Below, piece after piece: positions 57,575 through 64,000 of a DNA stretch of 64,000 nucleotides. Each line of letters begins with the position of its first letter. Within the stretch, counting starts at the first letter, position 1. The stretch lies in NCBI GenBank assembly GCA_021300575.1, contig JAJTDM010000011.1:38465-102464 (forward strand), in the 5' to 3' direction. The notes below the pieces were generated by a model. That model did not search any database. It was not told where the DNA came from and worked only from the letters and a program-made list of their open reading frames with translations. The position numbers and the translations under genes were made by a program. The DNA comes from Rubrivivax sp. GTDB taxonomy: Bacteria; Pseudomonadota; Gammaproteobacteria; Burkholderiales; Burkholderiaceae_C.

Positions 57575-59215
57575 TCAGGTGATGTCGCGCAATTCGCGGC
57601 GCAAAATCTTGCCGACCGTGGACTTGGGCAGTGTGTCGACAAAGGCCAAAAGTTTGGGCACTTTGTAAGCGGTCAAGGCGGCGCGGCAGTGGGCTACCAG
57701 TGCGTCGCTGGTGAGGCTGGCACCCGGTGCGCGGACCACAAACAGCTTCAGGGCTTCGCCTGTTTTGTCGTCAGGAACGCCCACGCAGGCGCATTCGGCC
57801 ACGCCGGGGCAGCCGGAGACCACGGCCTCGATTTCGTTGGGGAACACATTGAAGCCCGAGACGATGACCATATCCTTCTTGCGGTCCACGATACGTAAAA
57901 ATCCCTCCGGGGTGATCACGCCCACATCGCCCGTGCGGAAGTAGCCGTTAGGCGTGAACGCAGCCGCATTGGCCTCGGGTTGGTTCCAGTAACCCTGCAT
58001 GACCTGCGGGCCTTTGACACAGACTTCGCCCGACTCACCCAGAGCCACCTCTTGGCCCGATTCATCCAGCAGTTTCACGTCCGTGTCCGGCAAGGGCAGG
58101 CCCGTGGTGCCACTGAAATCCTGAATGCTGGCGGGGTTGAACGAGACGACAGGACTGGTCTCGGACAGGCCATAGCCTTCGCGAATGAAGGTGCCGGTGA
58201 TGGCTTTCCAGCGGTCTGAGGTGGGCCTCAGCACGGCTGCACCACCACCGCCGGACAGGCGCAGGTTAGAGAAGTCCACCTCACCAATGCGGGGGTGCAT
58301 GCTCAGGCCCGCGTACAAAGTGTTCACACCCATGAAGACGCTGGGCCGCGATTGCTTGAGCACCTCGACAAAACCGTCCATGTCGCGTGGGTTGGCCACC
58401 AGCCAGTTTTTGGCCCCCACGGTGAAGTAGGTCAGGAAGTTCACCATCAAGGCGAAGATGTGGTATAGCGGAATGGCCGTGACCACCACCTCCTGACCTG
58501 GCCGCACGGCCGAGGGCATGAAGGCCTTGTACTGAGCCACGTTGGCCACCAGGTTGCGGTGCGTCAGCGCCGCGCCTTTGGACAGGCCCGTGGTGCCTCC
58601 GGTGTATTGCAAAAACAGCAGGTCCTGACCCGTCAAGCTCACAGGCGTGCGTTGCAGGCTACCGCCTTGGGCGAGCGCGTCGGCCAGCGCAGTGGCGTGT
58701 GTCAAACGCACATCCACAGCCGGGGAAGGCAGCACCGCTGGGGTGCCGTCGCCCGGGGCCACGGTGACCACATTGCGGATGTCGGTCGCGGCGATGGCTT
58801 CGGCCAGGGCAGGCGTGGCCCCGGTGAAGATGATGATGGTCTCGCTACCCGAGTCCTTGAGCTGATGGGCCAGCTCACGCGGGGTGTAGAGGGGGTTCAC
58901 ATTGACTTGCACCGCCCCCGCCCGCGCAATGCCCAAAAACACGATAGGGAAGGCGATGAAGTTGGGCACCATGACAGCGATGCGATCGCCTTTTTTGACG
59001 CCCAGGCGCTGTTGCAGCCAGGCGGCGAAGGCCGCCGATTGGCGGTCCACATCTGCATAACTCAGGGTCTGGCCAAAGGCGCAGAAGGCGGGCTGATCGG
59101 CGTATTGCGCCATGGCCTCTTCCATCATGTGAACCACCGAGGGGTAAGCATCGGCGTTGATGGAGGCTGGGATGTTGTTGGCGGCGTAGGTGGTCAGCCA
59201 GGGTTTTGTGCTCAT
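57575..59215 (-). CDS. fadD: long-chain-fatty-acid--CoA ligase
   Basis: Start MSTKPWLTTY. AMP-binding motifs YTGGTTGLSKGA, GYGLSETSP and TGDVG...VDRKKDMVIVSGFNV. Confidence 0.85.
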   Translation of the reverse strand: MSTKPWLTTYAANNIPASINADAYPSVVHMMEEAMAQYADQPAFCAFGQTLSYADVDRQSAAFAAWLQQRLGVKKGDRIAVMVPNFIAFPIVFLGIARAGAVQVNVNPLYTPRELAHQLKDSGSETIIIFTGATPALAEAIAATDIRNVVTVAPGDGTPAVLPSPAVDVRLTHATALADALAQGGSLQRTPVSLTGQDLLFLQYTGGTTGLSKGAALTHRNLVANVAQYKAFMPSAVRPGQEVVVTAIPLYHIFALMVNFLTYFTVGAKNWLVANPRDMDGFVEVLKQSRPSVFMGVNTLYAGLSMHPRIGEVDFSNLRLSGGGGAAVLRPTSDRWKAITGTFIREGYGLSETSPVVSFNPASIQDFSGTTGLPLPDTDVKLLDESGQEVALGESGEVCVKGPQVMQGYWNQPEANAAAFTPNGYFRTGDVGVITPEGFLRIVDRKKDMVIVSGFNVFPNEIEAVVSGCPGVAECACVGVPDDKTGEALKLFVVRAPGASLTSDALVAHCRAALTAYKVPKLLAFVDTLPKSTVGKILRRELRDIT

Positions 59216-59292
59216 GGTTTTCTCGATTTCAGTCTGTGAGGCGCCAGGCGCAGAGCCGCTTGGCCCGGCGTGTGTAGATTGGGGTTTCGTGT

Positions 59293-60894
59293 TCAGGCCT
59301 GGCGAATCAGGTCGGCGGCTTTTTCGCCGATCATGATGGTGGGCGCGTTGGTGTTGCCGCTGCACACCGTGGGCATGATGGAGGCGTCCACCACGCGCAG
59401 GCCTTGCAGGCCGTGCACGCGCAGCTGGGCATCCAACACGGTCATCGGGTCGCTGGCCGGACCCATCTTGCAGGTGCCCACCGGGTGGTATTGCGTGTCG
59501 GCACGGCGGCGGATGTCGGCCGCGATGGCGGCCTTGTCGTGCTTGTCCACCGGGTAAAGCATCTTGCCGCGAATGGCGTCAAAGGGCTTGGACTCGATGA
59601 TGGCTTGCTGCATCTGCACGCCTTTGACCAGCAGGTCCAGGTCGCGCTCGTCGCCCAGAAAGTTGGGGTCGATCATTGGCGCGGTGCGCACATCGGGGCC
59701 GGCCAGCGTGACGCTGCCCCGGCTGTGCGGGCGGATCACGTCGACATGGCAAGAAAAGCCGTGGCCCAGGTGCAGCTTGCGGCTGTGGTCGTCCACGATG
59801 CCGACCACAAACACCAACTGAAGGTCGGGCGTTTCTACCTCGGGAGAGGACCGGAAAAACGCGCCCGATTCGGCAAAGGTGCTGGTGACCAGGCCCGTGC
59901 GTTTTTTCTTCCACTCGCCAATCGCCTTCGTGATTTTGACGGTGCCGGTGGCCGACACGCCAAAGGTCTCGGAGTTGCTGGGCGCACGCCAGGTTTGCAC
60001 ATGGTCGATGTGGTCGTGGAGGTTTTTACCCACCCCTTCGAGCGCATGCACCACCGGGATGCCGTGGCGCTGCAACTCGGCCGCTGGCCCAACGCCGGAG
60101 GTCATGAGCAATTGCGGCGAGCCAAAGGCCCCGGCCGACACAATCACTTCGCGGCGTGCGCGCAGTTCGCTCACCTGGCCGCCCTGGTCGATGCGCACGC
60201 CCACCGCGCGTGTGCCTTCAAACAGGATTTGGGTGGTGACGGTGTTCGTCTTGACGCTCAGGTTGGGGCGCGACAGATGAGGCGTGATGTAGGCCTTGGC
60301 CGCGCTGTGGCGCTCACCGTTTTTGTGGAAGACCTGGTACATGAACGCGCCAAACTGCTCGGCCCCGTTGTAATCAGGGTTGTACGGAATGCCGTGCAGG
60401 GCGCAGGCGTCCAGGAACATTTTGTTGACGGCGCTGGGGCTGCGCAGCTCAGCCACGTTTTGCGGGCCGCCTGTGCCGTGGTAGGGGCTGTTGGTGTGGG
60501 TCTCGTTGTGCTCGGCTCTCTTGAAGTAGGGCAGCACGTCTTGGTAAGACCAGCCGCTGTTGCCCAGCGCCGCCCAGTGGTCGTAGTCTTGCTTGTTGCC
60601 GCGCACATAGAGCATGGCGTTGATCGAGCTGGAGCCGCCCAGCACCTTGCCCCGGGGCTGGTAGCCCTGGCGGCCGTTCAGGCCTTTCTGGGGCACGGTC
60701 TTGTACGCCCAGTTGTTGAACGGGATGGGCAACATGGTCACCACACCCGCCGGGGCGTGGATGAACACGCTCTTGTCCGGACCGCCCACTTCGATGAGGC
60801 ACACGCTCACGGTGGGGTCTTCGCTCAGGCGCGAGGCCACCACGCAACCGGCCGAGCCGCCACCCACCACGATGTAATCAAATGCTTGGCTCAT
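59293..60894 (-). CDS. GMC-family (choline dehydrogenase-like) FAD oxidoreductase
   Basis: [35 protein letters not shown] and C-terminal HPVGTCKMG motifs. Confidence 0.9.
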   Translation of the reverse strand: MSQAFDYIVVGGGSAGCVVASRLSEDPTVSVCLIEVGGPDKSVFIHAPAGVVTMLPIPFNNWAYKTVPQKGLNGRQGYQPRGKVLGGSSSINAMLYVRGNKQDYDHWAALGNSGWSYQDVLPYFKRAEHNETHTNSPYHGTGGPQNVAELRSPSAVNKMFLDACALHGIPYNPDYNGAEQFGAFMYQVFHKNGERHSAAKAYITPHLSRPNLSVKTNTVTTQILFEGTRAVGVRIDQGGQVSELRARREVIVSAGAFGSPQLLMTSGVGPAAELQRHGIPVVHALEGVGKNLHDHIDHVQTWRAPSNSETFGVSATGTVKITKAIGEWKKKRTGLVTSTFAESGAFFRSSPEVETPDLQLVFVVGIVDDHSRKLHLGHGFSCHVDVIRPHSRGSVTLAGPDVRTAPMIDPNFLGDERDLDLLVKGVQMQQAIIESKPFDAIRGKMLYPVDKHDKAAIAADIRRRADTQYHPVGTCKMGPASDPMTVLDAQLRVHGLQGLRVVDASIMPTVCSGNTNAPTIMIGEKAADLIRQA

Positions 60895-61056
60895 GCTCGC
60901 TCCTTCGTTGCTTTGTTGAGTGGGGCCAGTCTAAAAACCGCCGTCTCGGGTGACTATCCAGATTTCTGCAAGCTGGCTTTTGGCCCACTAGGGATAACCC
61001 TGCGGATTGACGCTGTGCACCCCAAAGGATTCAATTCCTTGCCAGCGTTCATACCC

Positions 61057-62004
61057 ATGCACGCATCCACAGTCACTTCTGCGACCTCGGTCACCCGACT
61101 CGACGCCTTCGATCCGCAGGCGCTGGTCTTGGCTTTGCAAGAAGGTTTTTTGGAGCATGTGCAGCTGGAAAAGGGCCGCTTTGCCGGGCAGATCGTGCAC
61201 AGCGTCAGCCCGCTGTGCCGCACCGATTGGGGGCAGTACAACCTGGCGCTTTTGGCCCAGGGTGACCTCTCGCCCGAGTGGCTGTCGGTGGGCATCTTTT
61301 TGAATGGCCACGGCGTGTGGCGCGTGCAAGGCCAAGAGCTGCGCAACGGCGACCTGGTGGTCTATGCGCCTGGCCGCGACATGTGCATCAGCCTGCCGCC
61401 GCAGGCGCAGTGGGTGGGCGTGCAATTGCCACCCCACAAACTGCATGCCCTGGGCCTGCACATGGCCCGGGGCGTGAGCGCCTTGCACCTGCCCGGACAA
61501 CTGCCACCGCAGGCGCTGCAGCAACTGGTGGAGTTGTCGAGCGTGTTGGGCCCCAACCGGCAGCACGACCTGGACGCGGCGCTGGTGGACCAAGCGCACG
61601 AACAACTGCAACACATCCTCTGGAGCGAGTTGGCCCGGCGCTGGCGTCAGCCCAGCAGCAGATCTGGGCTCAGCCTGCAAACCCGCGAGCGCTTGTTGCA
61701 GTCGGTGGACCAATGGGCCAAGGACCACAGCACCACACCGCTGCGTATCGACGCGCTGAGCGAGGCGCTGGATGTGCCCATCTGGCAACTGGAGCGGGCG
61801 TTCTTGCAAACCTATGGCATGACCCCGCAGCGCCTGATCACCCTGCGCCGCTTGGCCAAGGCCCGCCGGGCGCTGCAACTGCAAACCGGCAGCGTGACCG
61901 AAGTCGCCATGGGCCACGGCTTCTGGCACTTGGGGCGCTTTGCAGGGCTGTACAAGAGCTACTACGGCGAAAGCCCGTCGGAGACGGTGCGGGCCATGGG
62001 GTGA
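61057..62004 (+). CDS. AraC-family transcriptional regulator
   Basis: In-frame ATG at 61057 (MHASTVTS...) within the chimeric ORF 59404..62004. C-terminal AraC HTH region LSEALDVPIWQLERAF...VTEVAMGHGFWHLGRFAGLYKSYYGESP. Confidence 0.8.
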   Translation: MHASTVTSATSVTRLDAFDPQALVLALQEGFLEHVQLEKGRFAGQIVHSVSPLCRTDWGQYNLALLAQGDLSPEWLSVGIFLNGHGVWRVQGQELRNGDLVVYAPGRDMCISLPPQAQWVGVQLPPHKLHALGLHMARGVSALHLPGQLPPQALQQLVELSSVLGPNRQHDLDAALVDQAHEQLQHILWSELARRWRQPSSRSGLSLQTRERLLQSVDQWAKDHSTTPLRIDALSEALDVPIWQLERAFLQTYGMTPQRLITLRRLAKARRALQLQTGSVTEVAMGHGFWHLGRFAGLYKSYYGESPSETVRAMG

Positions 62005-62093
62005 GGTGGTTGAGGGGCTTTGGAGTCTTTTTCCCCGGCTCTTGCAGAACTGGATGTTTCAATTTCCTATGCTCAACGACCGGGAACGGCGGC

Positions 62094-62786
62094 TCAGACC
62101 GCCAGGTGCGCCTCTATAGCCTGACGGCCGAGCGCGGCCAGCGCGCCTGCGGCGACCTTGCGGCCGTGGTCGAGCACCAGCACCTCGTCGGCAACGGCCT
62201 CGACGAAAGACAAGTTCTGCTCGACGACGACGAAGCTCGCGCCGGCGGCGCGACGCTGGTGGAGCAGCCCGGCCATGCGCTCGATGTTTTCCGGCTGCAC
62301 GCCTTCGGTCGGCTCGTCCAGCAGCGTCAAGGGCGCGGACAGCCCCAGCGTGCGTGCGAAGGACAGCAGCTTGCGCTCGCCACCGCTCAGGCTGCCGGCG
62401 CGCTGGCGCAGCCGCTGCTCCAGCAGCGGGAACGCAGCGAAGGCCTCGGCGTAGCGCGCGCGGCTGCGCTCGGGCAGGTGCAGCCACAGGTTGTCGGCCA
62501 CGCTCAGTTCGCCGAAGACCACGTTCTCCTGTGGTGCGTAGGCGATGCCCAGTCCCAGGCGCGCATGTGCTGCGGTGCCTGCCAGGTCGCGCCCGCGCCA
62601 GTGCACGCGGCCCTCGGCCAGCGGCAGGAAACCGGCCAGCGCGCGCAGCAGCGTGGTCTTGCCCACGCCGTTGCGGCCGAGCACGCCGAGCACGCGCCCC
62701 GGCGCCACGGCGCCGCCCACGCCACGCACGACGAGGGTGTCGCCATAGCCGCAGACCACCTGCTCGAACGCAAATCCGTCGATCAC
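62094..62786 (-). CDS. ABC transporter ATP-binding protein (LivF-like)
   Basis: Walker A GRNGVGKTT, signature LSGGERKLL and Walker B LTLLDEP. 4-nt overlap with the upstream gene. Confidence 0.85.
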   Translation of the reverse strand: MIDGFAFEQVVCGYGDTLVVRGVGGAVAPGRVLGVLGRNGVGKTTLLRALAGFLPLAEGRVHWRGRDLAGTAAHARLGLGIAYAPQENVVFGELSVADNLWLHLPERSRARYAEAFAAFPLLEQRLRQRAGSLSGGERKLLSFARTLGLSAPLTLLDEPTEGVQPENIERMAGLLHQRRAAGASFVVVEQNLSFVEAVADEVLVLDHGRKVAAGALAALGRQAIEAHLAV

Positions 62787-64000
62787 TTGCGCCCCCCCGC
62801 ATAGACCGCCCGTACCGCCGGGTCGGCCTGAACCTGCGCCAGGCTGCCCTGCGCCAGGCGCTTGCCCTGGTGCAGCACGAAGACCTCTCCGCCCATGGCG
62901 GCCACGGCGCTGATGTCGTGCTCGATCAGCAGCGCCGCGGCATCGATGCGCCGCACCGCCGCGCGGATGACGCCAATCATGTGCTGCGTCTCGGCCGGCG
63001 ACAGCCCGGCGCAGGGTTCGTCCAGCAAGAGCAGCCGCGGCTCGGGCAGCAGCGTCATCACCAGCTCCAGCGCCTGGCGCTGACCCTGTGACAGCTGCCC
63101 GGCGGGCGTCTCGCGCCGGTCCTGCAGCTCAGGGAAATGCTGCAGCAGTTCATCCAGCAGCGCGCTGTGCCAGCACAGCGGGGCGCTGCGCAGCGCGTCG
63201 GCGCCGTGCATCCGGCCGGCCCACAGCGCGACCAGCAGGTTCTGCCGTACGCTGAGCTGCGCGAACACCGACGGTATCTGCAGCTTGCGCCCGACGCCAC
63301 AGCGGGCGACGCGCCAGGCGCTCAGGCCACCAATGGGCAGGCCGTCGAGCACGATGCGCCCCCGCAGCAGGGGCAGCCGGCCGGTCATGACGTTGAAGCT
63401 CGAGGTCTTGCCCGCACCGTTCGGTCCGATCACGCTACGGATGCCCGCGCCTTGCAGCGCCAGGTCCAGGCCGTCGAGGATCTTCACCCCCGACTGCGCG
63501 GTATGCACCCCCTCGAAGGCAAGCTGCAAAGGGGCGCTGGCGCGTGGCGCTGCAGGCGCCGGCAGCGCCGTGCCGTCATCGCCCAGGGGCCTGAGCCCCG
63601 GCATCAATCCGGCCATGCCATCGGGCAGGAAGCGCACCACCGCCAGGAACAGCAGGCCGACGAACACCTCCCAGCTGGCGAAGCGGTCGCGCAGCTCCGC
63701 CGAGGCAAAGCCGACCACCACCGCGCCGAGCAGCGCACCCAGCGCGCTGGCCTTGCCGCCAACCGCGGCCCAGATGACGAACTCGGTCGACAGCACGAAG
63801 CCCAGGGCCTGCGGCGTGACGATGCCCTGGTGCACCGAGAAGAGCGCGCCGGCCAGCGCGGCGAGCAGCGCGCTCAGCGCGTAGGCAGCGGCCTTGACGC
63901 GTTCCGTGGCGTAACCCAGCAGCTGCAGCCGGTCTTCGTTTTGCTCCAGTGCGCCCCACAGCACGCCCAGCGGCCGGCGAAACAGCAGCGTCAGCAAGCC
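62783..64000 (-). CDS. fused ABC permease (LivM-like C-terminus) / ATP-binding (LivG-like) protein, partial (5' end beyond the window)
   Basis: The frame is open to the window end. Membrane segment (...VIWAAVGGKASALGALLGAVVVGF...) followed by the ABC domain GPNGAGKTS, LSQGQRQALE and LLLLDEP. Confidence 0.75.
   Translation of the reverse strand, partial: GLLTLLFRRPLGVLWGALEQNEDRLQLLGYATERVKAAAYALSALLAALAGALFSVHQGIVTPQALGFVLSTEFVIWAAVGGKASALGALLGAVVVGFASAELRDRFASWEVFVGLLFLAVVRFLPDGMAGLMPGLRPLGDDGTALPAPAAPRASAPLQLAFEGVHTAQSGVKILDGLDLALQGAGIRSVIGPNGAGKTSSFNVMTGRLPLLRGRIVLDGLPIGGLSAWRVARCGVGRKLQIPSVFAQLSVRQNLLVALWAGRMHGADALRSAPLCWHSALLDELLQHFPELQDRRETPAGQLSQGQRQALELVMTLLPEPRLLLLDEPCAGLSPAETQHMIGVIRAAVRRIDAAALLIEHDISAVAAMGGEVFVLHQGKRLAQGSLAQVQADPAVRAVYAGGRK

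Noticed and set aside
59404-62004. 866-aa plus-strand ORF spanning the GMC oxidoreductase region and the AraC gene
   Set aside because: It is a chimera. The first ~550 codons are the antisense frame of the GMC gene. Only the part from the ATG at 61057 has AraC-family sequence, so only that part was called.

Overview
GC-rich proteobacterial chromosome, probably a betaproteobacterium of the Burkholderiales/Comamonadaceae type; this is inferred only from gene content and order. The window has three parts. (1) 1-39.6 kb is core genome. It holds housekeeping genes (glnE 5' end, tkt, gap, birA, topB, proA, folE), a vapBC pair, and a complete thiosulfate/sulfide oxidation locus at 21.8-33.5 kb. That locus comprises an ArsR-type regulator, a cytochrome c, a thioredoxin-like protein, a SoxH-like MBL hydrolase, fccAB/soxEF, a DsrE-like protein and soxCDYZAXB, with a BLUF photoreceptor gene directly upstream. 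The rsmB / DUF4390 / NtrY-like kinase / NtrX-like regulator operon follows. (2) 39.6-54.8 kb is an accessory region built by serial integration at tRNA-Phe(GAA). Four copies or remnants of the tRNA 3' end delimit three segments. Segment I is an 11.4-kb, visibly AT-rich island. It carries an intact tyrosine integrase, a nested 0.94-kb insertion flanked by duplicated integrase 3' ends, a trio of membrane/secreted proteins sharing a short GF...EMK motif, and a minus-strand operon of small tyrosine recombinase, unknown gene and clamp-loader-like AAA+ ATPase. The unknown gene of that operon is split by a 1670-bp IS. Segment II is a 1.4-kb piece encoding an aspartic-protease/PDZ lipoprotein. Segment III is a 2.4-kb remnant with a truncated integrase copy and hipBA. 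(3) 54.9-64 kb returns to core metabolism: acid phosphatase, ALDH-family protein, acyl-CoA synthetase, GMC oxidoreductase, AraC regulator and Liv-type ABC genes. The best candidates for an undescribed system are the recombinase/unknown/AAA+ operon (44.3-48.3 kb) and the membrane/secreted trio (42.0-44.3 kb). None of their products could be assigned a function from sequence alone. Several core genes (AEC transporter, rsmB, DUF4390, sensor kinase N-terminus) carry frame-disrupting lesions that are either real pseudogenisation or assembly errors. No CRISPR array, rRNA gene or prophage structural module was seen.
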